Positions 1-11,102 of a stretch of DNA of 64,000 nucleotides are shown piece by piece. Where the stretch lies: the NCBI GenBank assembly GCA_963840445.1, contig CAWIZC010000011.1:82841-146840 (forward strand), written 5' to 3'. The notes under the pieces are model-generated. The model was not told the DNA's origin. It saw nothing but the letters and a program-made list of their open reading frames with translations, and made no database searches. Source of the DNA: an uncultured Alphaproteobacteria bacterium (GTDB taxonomy: Bacteria > Pseudomonadota > Alphaproteobacteria > Rhizobiales > Hyphomicrobiaceae). Every line of letters starts with the position of its first letter. Positions within the stretch are counted from its first letter, which is position 1. Both the position numbers and the translations under genes were made by a program.

Positions 1-83
1 CGCGAAGTATCCGGGACCCGTAAGCCTCGGCGCCTGGGTCCCGGCTCTCGGGCTGAGCCCTCGGCCGGGATGACAGGTGCCCG

Positions 84-1313
84 TCAAGCCGTGGCCTTGG
101 CGCCGCGCCGCTCGCTGATGAAGGCGAACACCGACGTCGTCAGCAGCAGGCCCACCGCCGCGCCGAACACCCACACCGGCGCGCCGTGATCCATGATCCA
201 GCCGAACACCAGCGGGCCGACGATGCCGCCGATGTTGAAGCCGGTCGAGACGATGCCGAATACGCGCCCCGCGGCTCCGGGCGGCGCCGCCTTGCGCACC
301 AGCATGTCGCGCGAGGGCAGCATCATGCCGCTCAGGAAACCGGCGAGCCCCATGCCGGCCACCAGCGCTACCGCCGGCAGGCTGAACACCGTCATCAGCA
401 GCACGACCACGGCCGCGGCGCCGAAGCCGGCCGCCGCCACTTCGCCATGGCGCTCAGTGCGGTCGGCCAGCGAGCCGCCCGCCAGCACGCCGAGCGCACT
501 CAGGGCCAGATAGGCCGTCAGCGCCCAGTTGGCGGATGTCAGGGTGAGGCCCTGCGTCGCCATCAGCGACACCACCGAGAAGTTCTGCAGCGCGCCGTTG
601 GAAAGCGCCATCAGCACGAAGAAACCGGTCAGCGACAGCACGGCGGGTGTCAGCAGGCTCCACGTCGCGCCTTTGCCGGCAGCGGCCTTGCTCGCGTGCG
701 TGCCGGCGGCCGAACGCGGCGGCGGCATCAGCAGCAGGATCAGCGCAACGGCCGGACCCAGCAGCGCCGTGAAGGCGATGGCGGCTGCGAAGCTCACGTA
801 GGCGATCAGGCCGAACAACACGACGGGCGTCAGCGCTCCGCCGAGCAGGCCGGCAAACGTATGCACCGAGAAGGCGCGGCCCATGCGGTTTTCGGACATG
901 GCATCGGCCAGGATGGCGTAGTCGGCTGGATGGTAGACGCAGTTGGCGAGACCGACGAGGAACGCCGTCACCAGCAGCACGGGATAGGTGGGCAGCAGGC
1001 CGAAGGCGGCGAACCCAACGCCGCCCAGCAGCAGCCCTGCGATCAGCACCCGGCGCGCGCCCAGGCGGTCGACCACGAACCCCATCGGCGCTTGCGTAAC
1101 GCCGCTCACCACGTTGAAGGTGGTCAGGGCCAAGCCGAGGTCGAAGAAGCTCACGCCCAACCGGTCCTTGAGCACGGGCAGCAGCACCGGCAGGGTGACG
1201 ATGTAGAAGTGGCTGACGAGATGCGCCGCCGAGACGCCCAGCAGCGTCTGCAGCTCGCTTGCGGCAGCGGGCGTCGTGCCCGCGCCCTCGGACCTGGCGG
1301 ATTCGGCGACCAT
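84..1313 (-). CDS. MFS transporter
   Basis: 409-aa ORF, hydrophobic multi-TM composition throughout, typical MFS glycine-rich loops; start may be a downstream Met. Confidence 0.65.
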   Translation of the reverse strand: MVAESARSEGAGTTPAAASELQTLLGVSAAHLVSHFYIVTLPVLLPVLKDRLGVSFFDLGLALTTFNVVSGVTQAPMGFVVDRLGARRVLIAGLLLGGVGFAAFGLLPTYPVLLVTAFLVGLANCVYHPADYAILADAMSENRMGRAFSVHTFAGLLGGALTPVVLFGLIAYVSFAAAIAFTALLGPAVALILLLMPPPRSAAGTHASKAAAGKGATWSLLTPAVLSLTGFFVLMALSNGALQNFSVVSLMATQGLTLTSANWALTAYLALSALGVLAGGSLADRTERHGEVAAAGFGAAAVVVLLMTVFSLPAVALVAGMGLAGFLSGMMLPSRDMLVRKAAPPGAAGRVFGIVSTGFNIGGIVGPLVFGWIMDHGAPVWVFGAAVGLLLTTSVFAFISERRGAKATA

Positions 1314-1504
1314 TGACCCGCTTTTTGGCGCGTTTCCTCAAGGCCCTCTCTAACACGGGTGGCGGGCGTGCCGGTATGCGAATGGCGGCCCCCTGCCCCG
1401 CGACCTCTAAACCGTGGGCATGCGGGCCGTCGGCGCGGCGAAGGTGTTTGACGGCGGCGCGGCCCGTGCTAGGCGACAGGCTCAACTCAGCGGCGAGGAC
1501 GCCC

Positions 1505-2813
1505 ATGATTCCCCGCTATACCCGCGCGCCGATGGCCGCCATCTGGTCGCCCGAGACACGCTTTCGCATCTGGTTCGAGATCGAGGCGCATGCCGCGTCC
1601 GCCATGGCCGAGCTTGGCCTGATCCCCAAGGAGGCGGCCAAGACCATCTGGGAGCGCGGCTCGGCGGCCAAGTTCGACGTGGCGCGCATCGACGAGATCG
1701 AGCGCGAGGTCAAGCACGACGTGATCGCCTTCCTCACGCATCTGGCCGAGCACATCGGCCCGGACGCGCGCTTCGTGCACGCGGGGCTCACCTCCTCCGA
1801 CGTGCTCGACACCTGCTTCAATGTTCAGCTGGTGCGGGCCGCCGATCTGCTGATCGCCGATCTCGACGCCTTGCTGGCCGCGCTGAAGAAACGTGCGATC
1901 GAGCACAAGATGACGCCGACCATCGGCCGCAGCCACGGCATTCACGCCGAGCCGACCACGTTCGGCGTCAAGCTGGCCTATGCCTATGCCGAGTTCGACC
2001 GGGCCAAGGCCCGTCTCGTGGCCGCTCGCAAGGAGGTTTCGACCTGCGCCATCTCCGGCGCGGTCGGCAGCTTTGCCAACATCGACCCGCGCATCGAAGC
2101 CTATGTGGCCGCCAAGATGGGCCTGACGCCGGAGCCGGTGTCGACGCAGATCATCCCGCGCGACCGCCACGCCATGTACTTCGCCACGCTGGCGGTGATC
2201 GCCTCCTCGCTGGAGCGGCTGGCAATCGAGATCCGCCACCTGCAGCGCACGGAGGTGCTGGAGGCCGAGGAGTTCTTCTCGCGAGGGCCAGAAGGGCTCC
2301 TCCGCCATGCCGCACAAGCGCAATCCGGTGCTGACCGAGAACATCACCGGGCTCGCCCGCATGGTGAGGAGCTACGCGCTGCCCGCCATGGAGAACGTGG
2401 CGCTCTGGCACGAGCGCGACATCTCCCACTCCTCGGTGGAGCGCATGATCGGCCCGGACGCCACCGTGACGCTCGACTTCGCGCTGGCGCGCATGGCCGG
2501 CGTGATCGAGAAGCTGGTCGTCTATCCGGACAACATGCGCGCCAACCTGGACCGGCTCGGCGGTCTCGTGCACTCCCAGCGCGTGCTGCTGGCGCTCACG
2601 CAGAAGGGCGTTGCGCGCGAGGACGCCTACCGCCTCGTGCAGCGCAACGCCATGCGCGTGTGGGCCGAGCGCGCCGACTTCCTGGCGCTCCTGAAAGGCG
2701 ATCCCGACATCGCCAAGGTGCTGACACCGATCGAGCTCGATGCCTTGTTCGACCTCGCCTATCACACCAAGCACGTCGATACGATCTTCGCCCGCGTGTT
2801 CGGCAAGGCGTGA
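1505..2813 (+). pseudogene. purB: adenylosuccinate lyase purB, reading frame broken by a 1-nt insertion near 2281-2284 (possible sequencing artefact)
   Basis: N-terminal 259 codons (MIPRYTRAPMAAIWSPE...EFFS) in frame of ORF 1259..2839; C-terminal part (MPHKRNPVLTENITGLAR...FGKA) in ORF 2307..2813; a single extra base separates the frames. Confidence 0.85.
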
Positions 2814-2879
2814 TCCACGTGTCTGGCATCCCGGCCTGAGCGCAGCTCAGAGCCGGGATCTCGCGCGGCGAACTCGTGG

Positions 2880-2918
2880 GTCCCGGATATTCACTGCGCG
2901 AATTCCGGGATGACAGTT
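2880..2918. repeat. GTCCCGGA…TCCGGGATGAC palindromic intergenic repeat, copy
   Basis: GTCCCGGATATTCACTGCGCGAATTCCGGGATGACAG. Confidence 0.6.
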
Positions 2919-2919
2919 G

Positions 2920-3183
2920 TCAGGATAAGATAATCAGCTTGGCGAGGATGACGACGATGATGGCACCGATCGCCGAGGTGGCGATGCAGTCGACCAGCTC
3001 GCTGCCGAGATTGGGCTTCCAACCCGCCGCTCCCAGCACGATGTTGCCGACGAACGCGCCGATCAGACCGGTCAGCAGATAGCCGATCAGGCTGCTGGGT
3101 CCGCCGACGAGGATGCTCGCCAGCCAACCCGCGACGATGCCGACGATGGCCGTGATGATGAGCTGCTGCGTGTTCATGTTCAT
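2920..3183 (-). CDS. GlsB/YeaQ/YmgE family (transglycosylase-associated) small membrane stress protein
   Basis: 87 aa from MNMNTQQLIITAIVGIVAGWLA..., Gly-rich TM helices typical of family. Confidence 0.75.
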   Translation of the reverse strand: MNMNTQQLIITAIVGIVAGWLASILVGGPSSLIGYLLTGLIGAFVGNIVLGAAGWKPNLGSELVDCIATSAIGAIIVVILAKLIILS

Positions 3184-3348
3184 GGGAATCTCCTTCCCCG
3201 GCGCCGGCCAATCCGCAAGCGAAGACCGCCCGCGGCCTCCCGACCCGGCGATAGGAGTCTGACCAACTCGTCCGACCACGTCGAGACCCTCGAATTGCAG
3301 CTGCGAAGCGCGTACAGGGGCGGCGAAACGGAGCTGCCCCCGCGATCG

Positions 3349-4770
3349 TCACACGTGGATGGCGCGCCCGAAGGCGTCGAGCACGCTCTCGTGCATCGTC
3401 TCCGACAGCGTCGGATGCGGGAAGACCGTGTGCATCAGGTCCTCCTCGGTGGTCTCGAGTTGCATGGCGATGACAAAGCCCTGGATCAGCTCGGTCACCT
3501 CGGCGCCCACCATGTGCGCACCCAGCAGCTGGCCGGTCTTGGCGTCGAAGATGGTCTTCACCAGCCCCTGGTCCTCGCCCAGCGCGATGGCCTTGCCGTT
3601 GCCCACGAACGGGAAGCGGCCGACCTTGATCTCGCGCCCCTGCTCCTTGGCCTTCTGCTCGGTCAGTCCGACGCTGGCGATCTGCGGCTGGCAATAGGTG
3701 CAGCCCGGGATCCTCAACTTGTCGATTGGATGCGGGTGCAGGCCTTTGATGGCCTCGATGCACACCACGCCCTCGTGCTCGGCCTTGTGCGCCAGCATCG
3801 GCGGCCCGGCCACGTCGCCGATGGCATAGACGCCGGCCACGCTGGTTTTGCCGAGGCCGTCGACGACGATGGTGCCTCGATCCATCTTTACGCCGAGCTT
3901 TTCCAGGCCGAGGTTCTCGACGTTGCCGACGACGCCCACTGCCGAGATCACGCGATCGAAGGTCAGCGTCTGCGTGCCGCCCTTGCCGTCGTCGATGGTG
4001 GCGGTGACGCTGTCGGCCTTCTTGTCCAGCTTGCTCACCTTGGCGCCGGTCACGATCTTGATGCCCTGCTTCTCGAACTGCTTGCGGGCAAAGGCGGCGA
4101 TCTCGGCATCCTCGACGGGCAGGATCTGCGGCAGCACCTCCACCACCGTCACCTCGGCGCCGAGCGTGCGGTAGAACGAGGCGAACTCGATGCCGATGGC
4201 GCCCGAGCCGATCACCAGCATCGACTTGGGAACGGCCGGCGGCACCATGGCCTCGAAGTAGGTCCACACCAGCTTCTTGTCGGGCTCGATGCCGGGCAGC
4301 GCCCGCGGCCGCGCGCCGGTGGCGACGATGATGTGCTTGGCTTGATAGCTGCCGGGACCGAGCGCACCTTTCGGAGCCTCGCTCTGGGAGGCGGCGACGC
4401 GCACCTTGCCGCCACCCTCCAGCGTCGCCGCGCCCCAGATCACAGTGATCTTGTTCTTCTTCATCAGGAACGTGACGCCGGCGTTGAGCCGGCCCGCCAC
4501 CTTGCGCGAGCGCTCCACCACCGCCTTGGCATCGTAGGCAACCTTGTCCGCCACCAGGCCGTAGTCCTTGGCGTGCTGCAGCATGTGGAACACTTCCGCC
4601 GAGCGCAGCAGGGCCTTGGTCGGGATGCATCCCCAGTTAAGGCAGATGCCGCCCAGGTAGTCGCGCTCGACGATCGCCGTCTTGAAGCCGAGTTGCGCCG
4701 CCCGGATCGCGGTGACGTATCCTCCCGGCCCGGACCCGATGACGATGATGTCGAAGGATTGCTCAGCCAT
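3349..4770 (-). CDS. lpdA: dihydrolipoyl dehydrogenase (E3)
   Basis: MAEQSFDIIVIGSGPGGYVTAIRAAQLG...GGICLNWGCIPTKALL FAD/NAD motifs and redox-active CxxxxC; full length 473 aa. Confidence 0.95.
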   Translation of the reverse strand: MAEQSFDIIVIGSGPGGYVTAIRAAQLGFKTAIVERDYLGGICLNWGCIPTKALLRSAEVFHMLQHAKDYGLVADKVAYDAKAVVERSRKVAGRLNAGVTFLMKKNKITVIWGAATLEGGGKVRVAASQSEAPKGALGPGSYQAKHIIVATGARPRALPGIEPDKKLVWTYFEAMVPPAVPKSMLVIGSGAIGIEFASFYRTLGAEVTVVEVLPQILPVEDAEIAAFARKQFEKQGIKIVTGAKVSKLDKKADSVTATIDDGKGGTQTLTFDRVISAVGVVGNVENLGLEKLGVKMDRGTIVVDGLGKTSVAGVYAIGDVAGPPMLAHKAEHEGVVCIEAIKGLHPHPIDKLRIPGCTYCQPQIASVGLTEQKAKEQGREIKVGRFPFVGNGKAIALGEDQGLVKTIFDAKTGQLLGAHMVGAEVTELIQGFVIAMQLETTEEDLMHTVFPHPTLSETMHESVLDAFGRAIHV

Positions 4771-4905
4771 GGCGGAAGGCTCTCGGTGAGGGGCCAAGGC
4801 GCGCAACAAACAAGGCGCGCAAATGCACAAGGCCCCGACGTACGCGCCAGGGCCCTGCTATTCAAGCCATTTTACGTGCAGCGCGCAAAGCGCCAGCTGC
4901 CTCAT

Positions 4906-5223
4906 CTAGGACGGCGGCACGTGGCAGCGCGCACCCAGGTACTGGTTGAGCAACTCGTTGTAGCGGTTGACGTCGACCATCTGCGCGGGCGGCAGCTTCT
5001 TGCCCTGGGTCGCCGCCTCGACCTTGCCCTGCGTGCCCTTGGCATCGAGTCGATCCAACTCGGCGCGGATCGTGCTGCAGGTCTGTCCGGCCGCGAGCGG
5101 CTTGGCGCCGGGGTCGCCTCCCCAGTCGTCGCCCGCGCACGCCGACAACGAGGCCGCCACGGCCATCGCCGCCAGAAGCTTCCAAGACTTGGAGACCGTG
5201 CTCGCCACGAACCGCTCCTGCAT
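4906..5223 (-). CDS. small lipoprotein (signal peptide + lipobox LSAC), paralog of next gene
   Basis: MQERFVASTVSKSWKLLAAMAVAASLSAC...; conserved Cys pairs shared with 5419..5802 product. Confidence 0.55.
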   Translation of the reverse strand: MQERFVASTVSKSWKLLAAMAVAASLSACAGDDWGGDPGAKPLAAGQTCSTIRAELDRLDAKGTQGKVEAATQGKKLPPAQMVDVNRYNELLNQYLGARCHVPPS

Positions 5224-5418
5224 CGCACCACCACCCATGCTGCTGGCTACGAACCATAGCCACGCAACGATTTCAACCGTCTACGGCGGCAGTGTGACAA
5301 CTTTGCAGCAGGAAAAGCGCACTCCGAAGCCAAGCAGCGCAGGGCAGGCCTGCCACTATGGAATGCATCGCAGCGTCGCTTTTCAAAAAGCGAGCGGCCG
5401 CCTGCAAGCACCATTGCG

Positions 5419-5802
5419 CTAGTAGTTGCCGCCTGCGCCGGACTTGGTGCCCGGCTTGACCTGCGCGGTGGTCGGCTTCGGCGGCACCAGCGAGCAGCGC
5501 GCCTGGAACTCGGCGTTGGCCTTGGTGAGCTGATCGGCCTTGGCGAGGTCGGCCTGAGTCATCTTGTATTTCTTGGCAGAGGCCTTCTCGATCTTGTCGG
5601 CAATGCCTTCCTTGCGCAGGCCATCGATGCGCGCGGTCAGGGCGGCGCAGGCCGGATCTGCCTTGGCCTCAGCGGACGCGCCGCCATCGCCGAGGGCGCC
5701 CGTCGTGAACAAGCCGCCATCGCTGCCGTCGCCAGCACATCCGGCCAGCAGAGCGCCGGAGAGCAGCAGTGCCGCCGAAGCGACACGGAACGCGATTGCC
5801 AT
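5419..5802 (-). CDS. small lipoprotein (lipobox LAGC), paralog of previous gene
   Basis: MAIAFRVASAALLLSGALLAGCAG...; same C...IDGLRKEG...ARC architecture as neighbour. Confidence 0.55.
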   Translation of the reverse strand: MAIAFRVASAALLLSGALLAGCAGDGSDGGLFTTGALGDGGASAEAKADPACAALTARIDGLRKEGIADKIEKASAKKYKMTQADLAKADQLTKANAEFQARCSLVPPKPTTAQVKPGTKSGAGGNY

Positions 5803-6018
5803 GAGCAGTACCCCCGAGTGTGTTTTGCAGCTGTCTGCGTTTGTACGGTCCGAGATGCGCTTACATCTTGTGATTCTTAACTGATTCTTAGGCTCGATTG
5901 TTGAGACCCGCAAGCGGCAGGTAAATGGCATCCGACCTTCGCCCTATAGCAAGAATCGGGAATTTCTGTGGATGGACGCCCGGCGAGGCAACGGCGCCAC
6001 AGCGCCCAGGCCCCCCTG

Positions 6019-7407
6019 TCAAACCAGCATACGCACGGGGTCTTCCATCAGCATTTTGAAGGCGTTGAGCAGCTCGGCGCCGACTGCCCCGTCGACCGCC
6101 CGGTGGTCGCAGGACAGGGTGCAGGAGACGATGGTGGCCGGTTCCACCTTGTCGCCCACCACAATGGGACGCTTCTCGCCGGCCCCGACGGCCAGAATGG
6201 TGGCATGCGGAGGATTGATCACCGCGTCGAAGCTCTTGATGCCGTACATGCCGAGGTTGGAGATCGAGGTGGTGCCGCCCTGATACTCGTGCGGCGCCAG
6301 CCGACGCTTGCGCGCCCGCTCGGCCAGGTCCTTTATCTCGTTGGAGATCTCGGACAGCGACTTCAGCTCGGCATGCCGGATGACCGGCGTGAACAGCCCG
6401 CCCTCGATGGCCACGGCGACGCCGACGTCGGAATACTTGTGGCGTAGCGTGCCGCCCTCGGTCCACGTCACGTTGGCGTTCGGCACCTGTGCCAATGCCA
6501 GCGCCAGCGCCTTGATGACGAAGTCGTTGACCGACAGCTTGTAGGCGCGCGGACCATCCTTCGGTGCCACCGAGTTCATGCGCTCGCGCGCACGCAGCAG
6601 CTCGTCGATGCGGCAGTCGACCGTGAGGCGATAATGCGGGATGGTCTGCTTGGACATGGTGAGGCGCTGGGCGATCACCTTGCGCATGCCATCGTGCGGC
6701 ACGACCTCGTAGGAATTCTTGTCGTAGAGGGCCAGGATCTTGTCGTCCGACATGCCCTGCAACGCGGACGGCACGGCCGGTGCCGTGCTTGCCCTCGGCG
6801 TCACCGCCGTGCCGGCCTTCGCCGCGCCCGTCGCGTGACCGTTGGCGAGCGCACTCTCGATGTCGCTCTTGACGATGCGCCCGTGCGGACCCGAGCCCGC
6901 CAGGCCCGCGATCTCGATGCCCGCGGCCTTGGCGAGCCTGCGCGCCAGCGGCGAGGCGAAGACCCGCTCGTGCAAACTCTTTGACGCGGCGGCCGACGTC
7001 GTGTGGGCCGTCGCCGAGCTGTGCGCGGTCGCCGTCGCCGGTTTTGCCGGCGACGATGCGGCAGACGCGCTGGCCGCGGCCGCCGCTGCCTTGACAGGTT
7101 CCGCACGCGGTGTTGCAGCCTGCGGCGTCGGCGCCTTCGGCTTGGGAGCCGCGCCCTCGCTCTCGCCCTCGGCAAGCAGCGTGGCGATCGGGGTATTGAC
7201 CTTGACGCCCTCGGTGCCGGCCTCGACCAGCAGCCGGCCGACCTTGCCCTCGTCGACCGCCTCCACCTCCATGGTGGCCTTGTCGGTCTCGATCTCGGCG
7301 ATGACGTCGCCGGCTTTGACCTGCTGGCCCTCCTTGATGAGCCACTTGGCGAGCTTGCCCTCCTCCATGGTGGGCGACAGCGCGGGCATCAAGATCTCGG
7401 TCGGCAT
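6019..7407 (-). CDS. pdhC: pyruvate dehydrogenase complex dihydrolipoamide acetyltransferase (E2)
   Basis: N-terminal lipoyl domain [23 protein letters not shown]...[12 protein letters not shown], Ala/Pro-rich linker, C-terminal catalytic domain ...DHRAVDGA. Confidence 0.95.
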   Translation of the reverse strand: MPTEILMPALSPTMEEGKLAKWLIKEGQQVKAGDVIAEIETDKATMEVEAVDEGKVGRLLVEAGTEGVKVNTPIATLLAEGESEGAAPKPKAPTPQAATPRAEPVKAAAAAASASAASSPAKPATATAHSSATAHTTSAAASKSLHERVFASPLARRLAKAAGIEIAGLAGSGPHGRIVKSDIESALANGHATGAAKAGTAVTPRASTAPAVPSALQGMSDDKILALYDKNSYEVVPHDGMRKVIAQRLTMSKQTIPHYRLTVDCRIDELLRARERMNSVAPKDGPRAYKLSVNDFVIKALALALAQVPNANVTWTEGGTLRHKYSDVGVAVAIEGGLFTPVIRHAELKSLSEISNEIKDLAERARKRRLAPHEYQGGTTSISNLGMYGIKSFDAVINPPHATILAVGAGEKRPIVVGDKVEPATIVSCTLSCDHRAVDGAVGAELLNAFKMLMEDPVRMLV

Positions 7408-7420
7408 CGCGTTTCTCTGT

Positions 7421-7852
7421 CTAGAGGTATCTGATCTCGGTCGGCGTCCATTTGGCCTTGCGGCGGGCGATGCGCGCCTCCGGCGTCTCGCCCTCGTAGA
7501 CCACCGGCTCGGCCACTCGTCCCTTGAACTCGGGGATGGCCAGGCCGCGCACGTTGAGGATCGACCACACCTTGCCGTCGTCCTCCAGAATGGCGCCGGC
7601 GTACATGCCGCAGCGGCCGCACAGCAAGCTGGTGCCCGAGCGCGTGCCGAACTGATAGCGCGTCAGCGCCGCCGGCTCGATCTCGAACGTGGCGCGTCCC
7701 GCCGGATCGGACACCGTCATCGCCCCGTGTCGGGTGCAGAAGCCGCACTGGCAGGCCCGCACCTGCAGCTCGGCCGCCGGCTTGCTCGCCGTCAACGCCC
7801 CGCGGATGGCACCGCAGTGACAGGAGCCCGCGTAGGTCGGCCGGTCAGGCAT
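7421..7852 (-). CDS. GFA family protein (glutathione-dependent formaldehyde-activating enzyme-like, Cys-rich zinc site)
   Basis: CHCGAIR...[10 protein letters not shown]...CGRCG motif pattern. Confidence 0.7.
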   Translation of the reverse strand: MPDRPTYAGSCHCGAIRGALTASKPAAELQVRACQCGFCTRHGAMTVSDPAGRATFEIEPAALTRYQFGTRSGTSLLCGRCGMYAGAILEDDGKVWSILNVRGLAIPEFKGRVAEPVVYEGETPEARIARRKAKWTPTEIRYL

Positions 7853-8282
7853 GCGCGGCTCCGTTCCCGCGCCGCCAGCGATAGATGAAAGTCAGGTAGG
7901 CGAGGGCCAGATACACGCTGGCGGCCGTGCCCCAGCCGATGACGATGCCGACATCCTGCAGCGACGTGCCCGGCGGAAGCGTGAAGGGCAGCATCAGCGG
8001 ATTGCGCAGCGCCTGCACATCGATGCCGGGCGATGGCAGCCTGCTCCAGGAGGCAAACAGTCCTTCCTGGACCCGCTGCTGGGTGGCGGCCGTGGTGCCA
8101 AGGAATACGAGGCCGACCGACAGCAGGAGGAACGCCAGCAGCCGCAGTGCCATCGGCGCGCGATTGAGGAAGAAGAACAAGCCGGCGATGTAGGCCGAGA
8201 TAATGGTGAAGAATACGGAAAACAGGCTCATGATGACTTGGATGGAACCGAGCAGGTTCTGCATCAGCTCTGCTTCCGACAT
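7845..8282 (-). CDS. hypothetical integral membrane protein embedded in the pdh operon
   Basis: 145 aa, 3-4 predicted TM helices; overlaps downstream gene start by 8 nt (operonic). Confidence 0.55.
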   Translation of the reverse strand: MSEAELMQNLLGSIQVIMSLFSVFFTIISAYIAGLFFFLNRAPMALRLLAFLLLSVGLVFLGTTAATQQRVQEGLFASWSRLPSPGIDVQALRNPLMLPFTLPPGTSLQDVGIVIGWGTAASVYLALAYLTFIYRWRRGNGAAHA

Positions 8283-8294
8283 GCAAAGCCTCCG

Positions 8295-9665
8295 CTACGA
8301 CACATATAGAACCGACTTCACCGCCTCGATCACATGCTCGACCGTGGGCAGCGCGAGCCGCTCCAGGTTGGCCGCATAGGGCATCGGCACGTCGGCGCCG
8401 TTGACCTTGGCAGGCGGTGCGTCGAGGTAGTCGAAGGCCTGGATCGCCACCTGCGCGCAGATCTCGGAGCCCACCGAGCACACCGGCCAGGCTTCCTCCA
8501 CCGTCACCAGGCGGTTGGTCTTCTTGACGGACTCGATCACCGTCGGCAGGTCGAGCGGGCGCAGGCTGCGCAGGTCGATGACCTCGGCGTCGATGCCCTC
8601 GCCGGCCAGCTGCTCGGCTGCGGCCAGCGCATAGACCATGCCGCGCGCGAAGGAGACGATCGTCACGTGGCTGCCGGCGCGGGCGATGCGCGCCTTGCCG
8701 ATCGGCACGATCCACTCGCCTTTCGGCACCTGCCCGGAGGCGCCGTAGAGGATCTCGTTCTCCAGCACCAGCACGGGGTTGGGGTCGCGGATGGCGGCCT
8801 TCAGCAGGCCCTTGGCGTCGGCCGCGTTGGAGGGCGCCACCACCTTCATGCCGGGCACATGCGCATACCAGGACGAGAAGCACTGGCTGTGCTGGGCGGC
8901 GACGCGCGCGGCAGCACCATTGGGGCCGCGGAACACGATGGGACAGCCGAGCTGGCCGCCCGACATGTAGAGCGTCTTGGCGGCCGAGTTGATGATCTGG
9001 TCGATCGCCTGCATAGCGAAGTTCCAGGTCATGAACTCGACGATCGGCTTGAGGCCGGCCATGGCCGCGCCGACGCCCACGCCGGCAAAGCCCTGCTCGG
9101 TGATCGGCGTGTCGATCACCCGCTTCGGCCCGAATTCTTCGAGCAGCCCCTGGCTGATCTTGTAGGCGCCCTGGTACTGCGCCACTTCCTCGCCCATCAG
9201 GAACACGTCGGGGTCGCGCCGCATCTCCTCGGCCATGGCGTCGCGCAGGGCTTCGCGCATGGTCTGCGATACGGTCTCCGTGCCGGGCGCGATCTCGGGC
9301 TCGGCTGCCCGCACCACCATCGGTGCCGAGGGGGCGGGCTTGACCTCCGCGTAGGCGGCGCGGCCATCCGACTGGCGGGTGCCTTCCGGCGCAGGCCGCG
9401 AGGCAGAAATCGGCTTTGCACTGCTGTCGCCGTCCAGCACCGCGATCGGCGTGTTGACCTTCACGCCCTCGGTGCCGGCGGGAATGAGCAGCCTCGACAC
9501 CTTGCCCTCGTCGACCGCCTCCACCTCCATGGTGGCCTTGTCGGTCTCGATCTCGGCGATGATGTCGCCTGGCTTGATGGCCTGCCCCTCGCTGACGAGC
9601 CACTTGGCGAGTTTGCCCTCCTCCATGGTCGGGGAGAGCGCTGGCATCAGGATCTCGGTCGGCAT
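8295..9665 (-). CDS. pdhB: pyruvate dehydrogenase E1 component beta subunit with N-terminal lipoyl domain
   Basis: [28 protein letters not shown] lipoyl domain then transketolase-like beta subunit (…[34 protein letters not shown]…). Confidence 0.95.
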   Translation of the reverse strand: MPTEILMPALSPTMEEGKLAKWLVSEGQAIKPGDIIAEIETDKATMEVEAVDEGKVSRLLIPAGTEGVKVNTPIAVLDGDSSAKPISASRPAPEGTRQSDGRAAYAEVKPAPSAPMVVRAAEPEIAPGTETVSQTMREALRDAMAEEMRRDPDVFLMGEEVAQYQGAYKISQGLLEEFGPKRVIDTPITEQGFAGVGVGAAMAGLKPIVEFMTWNFAMQAIDQIINSAAKTLYMSGGQLGCPIVFRGPNGAAARVAAQHSQCFSSWYAHVPGMKVVAPSNAADAKGLLKAAIRDPNPVLVLENEILYGASGQVPKGEWIVPIGKARIARAGSHVTIVSFARGMVYALAAAEQLAGEGIDAEVIDLRSLRPLDLPTVIESVKKTNRLVTVEEAWPVCSVGSEICAQVAIQAFDYLDAPPAKVNGADVPMPYAANLERLALPTVEHVIEAVKSVLYVS

Positions 9666-9709
9666 TGCTTTTCGTCTGGTCCTTGGTGTTTCCGTCCGCG
9701 GCCGCCTCG

Positions 9710-10093
9710 TCAGCGCAAGTGCGCCGTTTGCGACTCTATTGATTTGGTCAAATCGGTGGCCGTATCGCCGGTGTGCCTGGTGGCAGCAGGCTCGACGAGC
9801 ACGATCCACGCTTCCTCGGGTGCAATCGGGCTGTGCTCGACACCCTTGGGAACTACGTGGAAGTCGCCCTCGCGCAGGACGACATCAGGCCGATCGCGAT
9901 AGCGGATGGTGAAGGCACCCTTGCGCACCAGGAAGAACTCGTCCTCGTCGGCGTGCGCATGCCAGACGAACTCGCCCTTGGCCTTCGCCAGCTTCACATA
10001 CTGCCCGTTGGCGACCGCCACCACGCGCGGCGACCAGAACTCGGTGATCGACCCGAACTCCTTGTCGAGATTGGAGTGAAACACCGACTGCAT
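9710..10093 (-). CDS. cupin domain protein
   Basis: 127 aa; ...[22 protein letters not shown]...[11 protein letters not shown] cupin motifs. Confidence 0.7.
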   Translation of the reverse strand: MQSVFHSNLDKEFGSITEFWSPRVVAVANGQYVKLAKAKGEFVWHAHADEDEFFLVRKGAFTIRYRDRPDVVLREGDFHVVPKGVEHSPIAPEEAWIVLVEPAATRHTGDTATDLTKSIESQTAHLR

Positions 10094-10094
10094 G

Positions 10095-11102
10095 TCAGGC
10101 CTCTATCAGCACGTCGGTCCACAGCTCGCTCGGATCGGGCTCGGGGTCGGACTGCGCGAACTCGGCGGCGCCATTGACGATCGTGCGGATCTCCGCGTCG
10201 ATCGTCTTCATCTCGTCCTCGCTGGCGAGCTTGCCCTCCAGCAGGCGGCGACGCACCTGCTCGATCGGGTCGTGCTCCTCGCGCATCTTCTGCACTTCCT
10301 CGCGCGTGCGGTACTTGGCCGGGTCCGACATGGAGTGGCCGCGGTAGCGGTAGGTGAGCATCTCCAGGATGTAGGGACCGTTGCCGCCACGAATCCACTT
10401 CACCACGCGGTCGCCGGCATCCTTGACGGCGCGCACATCCATGCCGTCGACCTGCTCGCCCGGGATGTCGAACGAGCGGCCGCGCTGGGAGAAGTCCGTG
10501 GTCGCCGCCGAACGCTCGATGGAGGTGCCCATCGCGTATTTGTTGTTCTCGATGATGAACACCACCGGCAGCTTCCAGAGCTTGGCCATGTTGAAGCTCT
10601 CGTACACCTGGCCCTGGTTGGCGGCGCCGTCGCCGAAGTAGGTGAGGCACAGGTTGCCGTTGCCGCGATACTGGTTGGCGAAGGCGAGGCCCGCGCCCAG
10701 CGGCACGTTGGCGCCGACGATGCCGTGGCCGCCGTAGAAGTTCTTCTCCTTGGAGAACATGTGCATCGACCCGCCCTTGCCGTGCGAGTAGCCGTGCCTG
10801 CGCCCGGTCAACTCGGCCATCACGCCTTTGGGGTTCATGCCGCAGGCCAGCATGTGGCCGTGGTCGCGGTAGGTGGTGATGACCTGATCGCCTTCGCGGA
10901 CGGCCATCTGCATGCCCACCACCACGGCCTCCTGGCCGATATAGAGGTGGCAGAAGCCGCCGATCAGGCCCATGCCGTAGAGCTGGCCGGCCTTCTCCTC
11001 GAAGCGGCGGATGAGCAGCATTTCGCGGTAGGCGTGCAACTCCTGGTCACGGCTGAAGGGAGGGACTGTCTGCTTACCGTTTGGGAAGGACATGCCGGAC
11101 AT
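10095..11102 (-). CDS. pdhA: pyruvate dehydrogenase E1 component alpha subunit
   Basis: ...ELHAYREMLLIRRFEEKAGQLYGMGLIGGFCHLYIGQEAV...GDGAANQGQVYE TPP-binding motifs. Confidence 0.95.
   Translation of the reverse strand: MSGMSFPNGKQTVPPFSRDQELHAYREMLLIRRFEEKAGQLYGMGLIGGFCHLYIGQEAVVVGMQMAVREGDQVITTYRDHGHMLACGMNPKGVMAELTGRRHGYSHGKGGSMHMFSKEKNFYGGHGIVGANVPLGAGLAFANQYRGNGNLCLTYFGDGAANQGQVYESFNMAKLWKLPVVFIIENNKYAMGTSIERSAATTDFSQRGRSFDIPGEQVDGMDVRAVKDAGDRVVKWIRGGNGPYILEMLTYRYRGHSMSDPAKYRTREEVQKMREEHDPIEQVRRRLLEGKLASEDEMKTIDAEIRTIVNGAAEFAQSDPEPDPSELWTDVLIEA

Noticed and set aside
2891-4630. 579-aa ORF antisense to lpdA
   Set aside because: Arg/Gly/Ala-rich wrong-frame translation of a high-GC gene; the lpdA frame has clear conserved motifs.
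5888-7345. 485-aa ORF antisense to pdhC
   Set aside because: Same high-GC artefact; extreme Arg/Gly composition.
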